The translations under genes were made by a program, and so were the position numbers. A model generated the notes under the pieces. The model ran no database searches. It had not been told where the DNA came from and saw only the letters and a program-made list of their open reading frames with translations. Below are positions 18,930 to 25,322 of a DNA stretch of 45,960 bases, piece after piece; positions within the stretch are counted from its first letter, which is position 1, and each line of letters starts with the position of its first letter. The stretch is taken from the IMG/VR virus record IMGVR_UViG_3300020049_011007. One strand, 5' to 3'. The DNA comes from a virus.

Positions 18930-19292
18930 TTAAATAATCCCTTCAATTCCTTTCTTTACTTCCTTCTTCGGACTCGCAGCAATAAGCCTTTGCACGTTTT
19001 CATTAATCTGATTGCTTGCATTAGCGTAGAAGTTAATTTGTGTATTTTCTTGTTTGATTTCTTTTGGCTCACCAAGTGCCAGTGTTTCTCTGATTTCCTT
19101 CGCTGCTTTTAATTGAATGTCTTCTGATTCTGCCGATAATGCTAAACTATAAATGTTATTAAGTACGTTAGCTATCTTTGTTGTGCCGCTTGCATCTGTT
19201 TGTGCGAAATGTTCTCTTGCATATTCGCCAAGTGTTTTTTCTTTTTCCCACTTTACAATGTTGCTTGCTATTTTCTCCCTCATTTTACTCAT
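18930..19292 (-). CDS. Hypothetical protein (helical; DNA-binding or TerS-like role possible)
   Basis: ORF track. It is followed by a GC hairpin (CCCC..GGGG around 18830..18860) in a 145-nt gap. Confidence 0.5.
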   Translation of the reverse strand: MSKMREKIASNIVKWEKEKTLGEYAREHFAQTDASGTTKIANVLNNIYSLALSAESEDIQLKAAKEIRETLALGEPKEIKQENTQINFYANASNQINENVQRLIAASPKKEVKKGIEGII

Positions 19293-19542
19293 TCCAAATC
19301 AAATTCATTTTTTCATCATACTGTTTTTTGTAGTACCTTGCTAATTCCTCTCTTATTACGCTTAAAGTATTCAAAGGAGCTTTTCCTTTTTTCTTCCAAC
19401 GATAATAAGAGCATCTACTACAACAAAGACTTATAAAGTCCGAATCACTTAGGTCAAGTCTTTCTTGCAAGTCAATGATTTCGTCAAAGCTTGTCCATTC
19501 CTTTTTTGGTACTTTCTTTCTGTATTGTTGCCCCATACCCAT
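19285..19542 (-). CDS. Hypothetical protein
   Basis: ORF track. Confidence 0.5.
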   Translation of the reverse strand: MGMGQQYRKKVPKKEWTSFDEIIDLQERLDLSDSDFISLCCSRCSYYRWKKKGKAPLNTLSVIREELARYYKKQYDEKMNLIWNE

Positions 19543-19550
19543 AATGACAC

Positions 19551-19742
19551 TTAATTATTGTTTTCCAGTATTTTGTTGGTTAGTTCAATCAATTCCTCGG
19601 TCTTTTTGGTAGTGCCAAAGACTGTTAGCTCTGCCTTTCCCATGATTCTTGTTAACTCTCCGAACTCCCTCGCATCATTTCCACTTGGAATAAAACTAAA
19701 TCCTCCTAGTTTAAACTCCTTCTCGCCTCCTTTTATTTTCAT
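19551..19742 (-). CDS. Hypothetical protein
   Basis: ORF track; ATGA-type overlap with the upstream gene. Confidence 0.5.
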   Translation of the reverse strand: MKIKGGEKEFKLGGFSFIPSGNDAREFGELTRIMGKAELTVFGTTKKTEELIELTNKILENNN

Positions 19743-20071
19743 AATGTCTTCAGCATTTTGTTAGTAATTTGTATTAGATCCTCTTGGCAAGTGTCAAACT
19801 TATCTTCCCAAGCAATCCTTCCAATCTTATGAAAGGCAAACTCTCCTTTCTGGTGGCAATTATCACACAAGCTCATTGTTAATCTGTCACTAGCTTTCTT
19901 TCCCATTCCTCCACCGTGTAAATGATGGGCAGTGGTGGGGCTTTTCTGTTGCCAGCCTTTCAAATAACAAAGTGAGCAAGGCAAATCATGGATCTTAGCC
20001 AATCTCTCCTTATCCTTAAATCCGTTTCTTAGTTCGGGACTGGGCTTAAGATAGCTTTTCATTCTCAACAC
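19739..20071 (-). CDS. Cys/His-rich HNH-type nuclease, Ref/YbcO-like
   Basis: LPCSLCYLKG...TTAHHLHGGGMGKKASDRLTMSLCDNCHQKGEFAFHKIG matches the C..C...AHH...G.G.K.sD...LC..CH....H..G pattern of prophage DUF968/DUF1364 nucleases, as far as I recall it. Confidence 0.45.
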   Translation of the reverse strand: MLRMKSYLKPSPELRNGFKDKERLAKIHDLPCSLCYLKGWQQKSPTTAHHLHGGGMGKKASDRLTMSLCDNCHQKGEFAFHKIGRIAWEDKFDTCQEDLIQITNKMLKTL

Positions 20072-20309
20072 CGATTCCGATTACATGTCCGACCATTACT
20101 TTTGCAATGCAAAATCTTTCGATTCCTTTTATTTTCTTGCCCATAAAGTCTTGACCAACCAACGAATCCAATTCCTCTACGTCAGCCGATTGCTGGCCGT
20201 TAGGCAATCTAAGAATAGTGGCTGCATAACATAACAAGTTGCCGGCCTTGTAAGCGGGTTGTGGGCAAAGGATTAGTTCAAATCCGACAATTTCCAATGT
20301 TTTCTTCAT
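20046..20309 (-). CDS. Hypothetical protein
   Basis: ORF track. Confidence 0.5.
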   Translation of the reverse strand: MKKTLEIVGFELILCPQPAYKAGNLLCYAATILRLPNGQQSADVEELDSLVGQDFMGKKIKGIERFCIAKVMVGHVIGIGVENEKLS

Positions 20310-20473
20310 AGCTTTTCATCTCTCTTCTTCTTTTCTTCTAGCATAGCGTCGGCTCGATCATAGCAATCTTTAGCCATATCGGCATAGTTATAACATTGGA
20401 CGGATGAAAATATGCTGTGCATCGCCCTCATCGCACATTCATCTCTAAATTTAATCTCTTCTTCTCTAGTCAT
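20306..20473 (-). CDS. Small early protein (55 aa, below ORF-track cutoff)
   Basis: Strong RBS GAGGGGGG 4 nt before the ATG at 20473. MTREEEIKFRDECAMRAMHSIF... The stop overlaps the next ATG (ATGA). Confidence 0.6.
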   Translation of the reverse strand: MTREEEIKFRDECAMRAMHSIFSSVQCYNYADMAKDCYDRADAMLEEKKKRDEKL

Positions 20474-20723
20474 TTTCCCCCCTCATTTATTAAATTACTA
20501 ACCCCCACACAATACACACACAAATTTTATTCTTCAACCCCTTTTCTCTCTAGCCCCCAAAGTATTTACTCAGTCAATACTTTGTATATACATTTTGCCT
20601 TTTCTTACCTAAAATCTCCCCCAAATCTTTTTTCATTTATTTTTAACCCACTCTCTCAAAATACCCCAGCAATCCTTCTGGCTCTAGTCTCTAATTTATT
20701 TGCAAATTCTTTTAAATAATCGC

Positions 20724-20752
20724 TTGCATAATAAAAAGGTGTGTTGCACAAT
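20724..20752 (+). promoter_or_regulatory. Rightward early promoter
   Basis: TTGCAT (20724..20729), N17 containing AAAAAGGTGTGTT, then CACAAT (20747..20752). The spacer is shared with the promoters at 30926 and 35014. Confidence 0.55.
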
Positions 20753-20798
20753 GCTTTCACACCAAACAGCAAATCAAAAACAAATGAGGGTAATGAAA

Positions 20799-21020
20799 AT
20801 GAAAACAATTTCAGTTGCATTAATAAAAACACAAAGTGGCAAGATTGGTTTAGAAGTTTTTAAACGGGTTCATGCTTCGGGTGTTGCGACTTTCTCTTAC
20901 GACGGCAAGTTTAATGCGGGATCTGGTAATTGTGACCAAGCAAGAATAGCAATCGCTTGTGCAAAATACCGCTACTCCCGCGCTAAGGTGATTTATGATT
21001 TAATTTCATTCAACAAATAA
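20799..21020 (+). CDS. Hypothetical early protein
   Basis: The track ORF 20700..21020 starts upstream of the predicted promoter. The ATG at 20799 follows GAGGG (20787..20790). 20784 is an alternative start. Confidence 0.5.
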   Translation: MKTISVALIKTQSGKIGLEVFKRVHASGVATFSYDGKFNAGSGNCDQARIAIACAKYRYSRAKVIYDLISFNK

Positions 21021-21035
21021 ACGAGGGCAATAAAA

Positions 21036-21155
21036 ATGAAAACTTTAACAATATACGGCTTATCAGACGGAGACCTTGAACTAATTAAGAAACTCATTGC
21101 AGATAATTTCTTTACTTCTCCAGACATGGGAGTTTCTGAAGAGGAGGAATTTTAA
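21036..21155 (+). CDS. Micro-ORF (39 aa, acidic)
   Basis: ATG preceded by GAGGG. MKTLTIYGLSDGDLELIKKLIADNFFTSPDMGVSEEEEF. Confidence 0.4.
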   Translation: MKTLTIYGLSDGDLELIKKLIADNFFTSPDMGVSEEEEF

Positions 21156-21156
21156 A

Positions 21157-21237
21157 ATGAAAACATTAATCAATTTTGCTTGGGCTGCTAGCCCATTCCT
21201 TTTCATCTTAGTTGCTGCGGCAATCAAATTTAACTAG
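21157..21237 (+). CDS. Micro-ORF (26 aa, single TM helix)
   Basis: RBS GAGGAGG is upstream. MKTLINFAWAASPFLFILVAAAIKFN. Confidence 0.4.
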   Translation: MKTLINFAWAASPFLFILVAAAIKFN

Positions 21238-21246
21238 AGGCCAACC

Positions 21247-21381
21247 ATGTCACCTTTTCAATTCATCGACCAAATATTCGCAAAAGACTCTAACGATGTC
21301 CGCGAGCTTCTAAAATCAATTCTAATCATGGCTGCTGGTGCGGCTGTGATGATTGGTTGGTTTACTTTTATTCAACTTTAA
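21247..21381 (+). CDS. Micro-ORF (44 aa, C-terminal TM helix)
   Basis: MSPFQFIDQIFAKDSNDVRELLKSILIMAAGAAVMIGWFTFIQL; RBS AGAGG is upstream. Confidence 0.4.
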   Translation: MSPFQFIDQIFAKDSNDVRELLKSILIMAAGAAVMIGWFTFIQL

Positions 21382-21393
21382 TATTTTAACAAA

Positions 21394-22932
21394 ATGAAAA
21401 ACAAATTAATTAATGAAATAACAAAATACGCTCAAGGCATGAATTGCCAAGCGGATGTTTTTGAATGGATTGAGAAACATTTAACAGGCCATCTTGCAAA
21501 AAATAACTCTGAGCAAGGAGAAATCGAGCATATTATCGACTATCTAGCTTCAGATAAAAGACCAAAGCGCTTGAGTAAAATGTCTTATGAGCAAGCTAAA
21601 ACAAACGGCGAGAAATGGCTCAAAGTGTTAGCAAAGAAAGGCAAAGACATTAAAGAAGTTGAGGGCGATGTTGAGGTAATCAAGGATTTTGGTGACGGCT
21701 TTAGAATCGTGAAGCTTATCGGCGAATCTGCTTACAAAAGAGAGGGATTTTTGATGGCTCATTGCGTGGCGAGCTATTACGGATCTAGTAAAGAAATTTA
21801 CTCACTGCGCGATTCTAAAAATATGCCTCATTGCACCATGGAAAAAGACCAGCAAATTAAAGGCAAGGGCAACGGCTCTATTTCTCCCAAATACATTGGC
21901 TACGTTGTTGCTTTTTTGGAAGAGGTCGGGATGTCGGTTGGTGATTCAGAAATGAAGAATCTTGGTTATATTAATGTTGAGAAAATTAAGACCAAACTGC
22001 ACCAAACAGAAAATAAATTCTTTAATAACAAATACCTATTCCAGCAAGCTCAATGGCTGGATTTGGAGGGCGAAGAATATTCCGACTTAGATATTTTTGA
22101 TTACAAAGAGCTGATCTCGGAAACAAAAAGCTCTTCTCTTGAATTCAATCTGAAAATCAATTTCAATCTTTCTGTTTTTTTGAAAAAATCTATTACTCAT
22201 TTTTTTTCTTCTACAAAAGAAATTAGCTCAGGTAATTACAGCCAGAATGCTAGCTCAGGTAATTACAGCCAGAATGCTAGCTCGGGTGATGACAGCCAGA
22301 ATGCTAGCTCGGGTGATCGCAGCCAGAATGCTAGCTCGGGTAATTACAGCCAGAATGCTAGCTCGGGTGATCGCAGCCAGAATGCTAGCTCGGGTGATGA
22401 CAGCCAGAATGCTAGCTCGGGTAATTACAGCAAGAATGCTAGCTCGGGTAATTACAGCCAGAATGCTAGCTCGGGTGATGACAGCCAGAATGCTAGCTCG
22501 GGTAATTACAGCAAGAATGCTAGCTCAGGTTATGGCAGCAAGAATGCTAGCTCGGGTGATGACAGCCAGAATGCTAGCTCAGGTAATTACAGCCAGAATG
22601 CTAGCTCGGGTGATGACAGCCGGAATGCTAGCTCGGGTAATTACAGCCGGAATGCTAGCTCGGGTGATCGCAGCAAGAATGCTAGCTCAGGTTATGGCAG
22701 CAAGAATGCTAGCTCGGGTAAAAATTCTGTGTTAATGGCTTGTCATCATGAAAGCCAAGTAAAAGGCTCTAATGGAACTCTGATTGCGCTAGTTCTTCAT
22801 AAAAAAGAAGGCGATTTCTTGATTCCAAAAAAAATAACTACTGGAGAGATTGGCAAAAATGGTTTAAAAGAGAATGTTTGGTATAAATTAGACGACAATG
22901 GCAACTTTATTGAGTCGGGAGATAAAGATTAA
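21394..22932 (+). CDS. PcfJ-like domain protein with 18 x 9-aa tandem repeats and a conserved C-terminal domain
   Basis: YKREGFLMAHCVASYYGSSKEIYSLRDSKNMPHCTME resembles the PcfJ-like core. Next come (SSG-xx-S-x-NA) x18, then a C-terminal ...VKGSNGTLIALV...GEIGKNGLKENVWYKLDDNGNFIE. Confidence 0.6.
   Translation: MKNKLINEITKYAQGMNCQADVFEWIEKHLTGHLAKNNSEQGEIEHIIDYLASDKRPKRLSKMSYEQAKTNGEKWLKVLAKKGKDIKEVEGDVEVIKDFGDGFRIVKLIGESAYKREGFLMAHCVASYYGSSKEIYSLRDSKNMPHCTMEKDQQIKGKGNGSISPKYIGYVVAFLEEVGMSVGDSEMKNLGYINVEKIKTKLHQTENKFFNNKYLFQQAQWLDLEGEEYSDLDIFDYKELISETKSSSLEFNLKINFNLSVFLKKSITHFFSSTKEISSGNYSQNASSGNYSQNASSGDDSQNASSGDRSQNASSGNYSQNASSGDRSQNASSGDDSQNASSGNYSKNASSGNYSQNASSGDDSQNASSGNYSKNASSGYGSKNASSGDDSQNASSGNYSQNASSGDDSRNASSGNYSRNASSGDRSKNASSGYGSKNASSGKNSVLMACHHESQVKGSNGTLIALVLHKKEGDFLIPKKITTGEIGKNGLKENVWYKLDDNGNFIESGDKD
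22225..22710 (+). repeat. 18 perfect-phase tandem copies of a 27-nt unit (agctcRggt NNNNNN agc VRg aatgct)
   Basis: Counted directly: 486 nt = 18 x 27, in frame within the CDS. Confidence 0.95.
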
Positions 22933-23184
22933 ATGAACATCAAACAACTCTACGAACTAAAAGTTAAGGAAAACCTAACTAACGCACAACTAGCTGCAAT
23001 ACTAACCCCGAAACTAACGCATCAAGGCTTACGCTATCACCTTTCTAAATACTGCAAAGAGAATGGCTTGAAAATGCACCGCGTTAAACAGGGGAGAAAG
23101 CCGAAAGTGGCTCAGTTTAAACTTAAAGAGGTCAAAAAAAAACATGAAACATCCAATCAACATGGCACCGCAAGAACTAATTGA
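22933..23184 (+). CDS. Putative helix-turn-helix DNA-binding protein
   Basis: NLTNAQLAAILTPKLTHQGLRYHLSKY is HTH-like, and the C-terminus is basic. Confidence 0.45.
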   Translation: MNIKQLYELKVKENLTNAQLAAILTPKLTHQGLRYHLSKYCKENGLKMHRVKQGRKPKVAQFKLKEVKKKHETSNQHGTARTN

Positions 23185-23413
23185 AAACGGATTTGATCGC
23201 CCAGTAAATATTCACGCCACAAAATTAATCAATCAAAAATATGAGGGAGAGAAAATCTTTGGCGCTCTTAAAATTGGAAAACTAAGGCCAACAAGGATTT
23301 ATTTTAATAATATGCCTGTTTTTCTGACAGAAAATGGGAAGTTAGTATTTTGTGAGGCACAGATGGCTGAAAGGATTGAAGAGCGTTTAAATCTAATAAA
23401 AATGGGGGTTTAG
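23144..23413 (+). CDS. Hypothetical protein
   Basis: ORF track. Confidence 0.5.
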   Translation: MKHPINMAPQELIENGFDRPVNIHATKLINQKYEGEKIFGALKIGKLRPTRIYFNNMPVFLTENGKLVFCEAQMAERIEERLNLIKMGV

Positions 23414-23556
23414 TGCGTAAATTCATAAAATGGTGCGACAAGTGTGAGGAAAGAATCTATCAGAATAAACTTTTGTTAGCGATTTCGGTGCTTGCTACGC
23501 TGTCGTTTTTGTGGGCTTTGGCTTGGTTGGCTAAGGCTTTTGTTCAATGTTATTAA
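23413..23556 (+). CDS. Possible small membrane protein (47 aa, GTG start)
   Basis: The GTG overlaps the preceding TAG by 1 nt. VRKFIKWCDKCEERIYQNKLLLAISVLATLSFLWALAWLAKAFVQCY. Confidence 0.3.
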   Translation: MRKFIKWCDKCEERIYQNKLLLAISVLATLSFLWALAWLAKAFVQCY

Positions 23557-23619
23557 TGAGGTAAAAATGGAAATGGATTTCACGCTAGATTTTAAATTAG
23601 AAAAAAACAAATCGCATAC

Positions 23620-24144
23620 TTGCAAGCAACTAAAAACTACTACCCGCCGCAATATTTGCAGCAATTCAATCATCACTATCAAGAAAAGTTGATTGCAGCA
23701 ATACCTGAAGCTTTGACTTACTGCCTGCCTAAGTACAAATCAAAAACCCATCCTTGCAATTGTGTCAAATGCGGTAAAATCTATGCTTCCGAGCAATCAG
23801 CGGAAGAAATGGGCATGTGCTGGGCTTGTCACTTTAGTGAGTCTCAGAAATGCCTCGAAGAAATGGAAAGATTCGTGATTGAGGGAGTTGAAAAAAGAAA
23901 CTATTCGTGCCGCAATCAAGAAAGCTTTATGCCAAATCGCATTGGTGAAGAAAAGAAGTGGGAAGTGCAAAAATATTTTAAAGAACGGCTAGAGGGAAGG
24001 ATGAAGAAAAACGAGGTTTACAAGGTGTTAAATAAGGTTTTCAATCTTGATTTAACGCCAAGGGAGACACTCTCTTTACTAGACGTTAGCGCAATAAAGC
24101 TAGTGGCGAAAAAAAGGGGCTATTTATTCAACAATGAGGCTTAA
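23620..24144 (+). CDS. Cys-rich (zinc-ribbon-like) hypothetical protein; the true 5' end is uncertain
   Basis: CNCVKCGKIY...MCWACHF. The only in-frame start is the TTG at 23620. A strong RBS plus ATG at 23567 lies in the +1 register relative to it (see finding). Confidence 0.55.
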   Translation: MQATKNYYPPQYLQQFNHHYQEKLIAAIPEALTYCLPKYKSKTHPCNCVKCGKIYASEQSAEEMGMCWACHFSESQKCLEEMERFVIEGVEKRNYSCRNQESFMPNRIGEEKKWEVQKYFKERLEGRMKKNEVYKVLNKVFNLDLTPRETLSLLDVSAIKLVAKKRGYLFNNEA

Positions 24145-24370
24145 AATGAAACTAACAGAAAAACAATTGAAGGCTAAAAAACTAGAAATTCTAAGGCTTA
24201 AGCACGAATCAGTTCTTTTGAAAGAAGATATCGCCGCGCTAGTGGAAAAAAGAAACGCAATTAGAAGAAAGGGTTCTGCTCTTGTTAAAAAACCTTTAAG
24301 AATTTTAGAGGAAAAGCTTTTAGTGACTGATGGTCAAATTGAGAAACTTTTACAGGAGATTTTAAAATGA
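24134..24370 (+). CDS. Hypothetical coiled-coil protein
   Basis: ORF track. Confidence 0.5.
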   Translation: MRLKMKLTEKQLKAKKLEILRLKHESVLLKEDIAALVEKRNAIRRKGSALVKKPLRILEEKLLVTDGQIEKLLQEILK

Positions 24371-24555
24371 GCGAAAAACTTCAAGAAATTTTAGTTGCGG
24401 TAGTATTAATTGCAGCTTTGGTGGCTTTTATGGTTTGGAATGTAATAGTAGAAATCGAAGAAACCGAGCAAGAGCAGTTTGGGCAAATTATTGAATCAAC
24501 TTGGAATCAAGAGTTTAATCAAGAAAAAGAGTTGACATTTCCTTGGATTTATTAA
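24367..24555 (+). CDS. Small membrane protein
   Basis: ATGA overlap with the upstream gene; TM helix ILVAVVLIAALVAFMVWNVIV. Confidence 0.5.
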   Translation: MSEKLQEILVAVVLIAALVAFMVWNVIVEIEETEQEQFGQIIESTWNQEFNQEKELTFPWIY

Positions 24556-24561
24556 TAAATG
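24532..24561 (+). promoter_or_regulatory. Sigma70-like promoter facing the ORF-free structured region
   Basis: Perfect -35 TTGACA (24532..24537), N18, then TAAATG (24556..24561). Compare the TAAAGT -10 of the other early promoters. Confidence 0.45.
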
Positions 24562-24566
24562 AGGAG

Positions 24567-25020
24567 CGGTTTTTTTCATTCCCGCACGTTAGCGTAGTCC
24601 TCACCTTTCATAGGCCAGCGGTTCGAATCCCTGCTACGCTAACATTTCAACTTTACTGGTTCCAGCGACTCCCTCACTTTATTATTTTGGAGTTATTCAC
24701 TGGAACTTGTAGAGCTGAAAGGTTCTAAACACTACGTCTTTAGACGGAGGCTTGTTCGTGATACAATGGCTGCAATTCTTAGAATTGATGGGTGCTATTG
24801 GCGGAACTCACGCGCTAAATGGTGCACTCGTTTAGCAAGCTGCAAGCGATGGAGAATCTGTGGGAGTAATTACCTGCCATTTTCTGGGGCTGCGAAGGTG
24901 TGAACTTCGCTAGTGTTTGCTTGAAATCACTGCGTAGCGGGGGTTTTGAGTCACACGCTTCCTTAAAAAAGAAGTGTGCCTTAGTAAATTCTAAGGCCAA
25001 CCCCAAGTACAGAGGCGGGC
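24567..25020 (+). ncRNA. Candidate large structured RNA or long structured leader (unclassified)
   Basis: There is no credible ORF. The region is locally GC-rich (35/60 G+C in 24581..24640) and has several stems of 6 bp or more (see findings). Confidence 0.45.
24588..24643 (+). ncRNA. tRNA-like minihelix (not a canonical tRNA)
   Basis: 10-bp acceptor-like stem GTTAGCGTAG/CTACGCTAAC and canonical T-loop GGTTCGAATCC (24620..24630). The T stem needs a bulged C, there is no D arm, and the whole element is only 56 nt. Confidence 0.5.
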
Positions 25021-25072
25021 TTCATGCTCGGCGCATTGATGGCTTGGAATTATAATTTAAAGAGAAGAAAAA

Positions 25073-25315
25073 ATCGAAGAAACAACTACTATCGGAGAAT
25101 TTAGGATAAGAACAAAAATTAACCCGTCTCAAGAAGATATTGTTGACCATATTAAACAAAAAACGGCTGATATCATTAATTTAGTTTCCGAAATAAGATA
25201 TGAAGGAGAAGCGGATTATATTGCCAAAGAGAGGGCGAGATTAGTAGCTTTAGCTCTTACATCTTACGAACAGGCTGCTATGTGGGCTGTTAAAGCTGCG
25301 ACATTATCATTATAA
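25073..25315 (+). CDS. Conserved-looking small helical protein with no canonical start codon (ATC at 25073 proposed)
   Basis: The frame is open over 25061..25315 (84 codons) with no ATG, GTG or TTG before codon 74. ...INPSQEDIVDHIKQKTADIINLV...RARLVALALTSYEQAAMWAVKAATLSL. Confidence 0.4.
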   Translation: MEETTTIGEFRIRTKINPSQEDIVDHIKQKTADIINLVSEIRYEGEADYIAKERARLVALALTSYEQAAMWAVKAATLSL

Positions 25316-25322
25316 TTAGATT

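Noticed and set aside
20474-20556. G-quadruplex on the leftward leader (four G4-G6 tracts on the minus strand)
   Set aside because: The loops between tracts are 12, 31 and 19 nt, far beyond the canonical 1-7 nt, so the prediction is weak.
20417-20719. 100-aa ORF in the divergent control region
   Set aside because: It is a low-complexity Pro/Ser/Phe translation of a G-free stretch, it starts at a non-ATG codon, and it spans predicted promoter sequence.
22225-22710. Possible CRISPR array
   Set aside because: The repeats are contiguous with no spacers, they are in frame within a protein-coding gene, and there are no cas genes.
22247-22735. 162-aa ORF (MLARVITARMLARV...) in an alternative frame of the repeat array
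   Set aside because: It is an automatic by-product of an in-phase 27-nt tandem repeat. It has no RBS and lies wholly inside the 512-aa CDS.
24543-24728. 61-aa ORF (TTG start), plus the antisense 63-aa ORF at 24815..25006
   Set aside because: Neither has an RBS. The composition is odd, and both lie in the GC-rich structured segment and overlap the tRNA-like element.
24588-25020. tmRNA (including a permuted two-piece form)
   Set aside because: I could find no tag-peptide reading frame ending in a hydrophobic Ala-rich C-terminus plus stop. The 5' and 3' acceptor strands are only 36 nt apart, and there is no CCA or tmRNA-type 5' GGGG end. An Rfam scan is still worthwhile.
24556-25060. Group I intron splitting the downstream start-less ORF
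   Set aside because: I found no convincing upstream exon. The ATG at 24559 gives a 12-codon peptide with no RBS, and I cannot recognise P3-P7 core pairings by eye. This is left as a test (cmsearch), not a claim.
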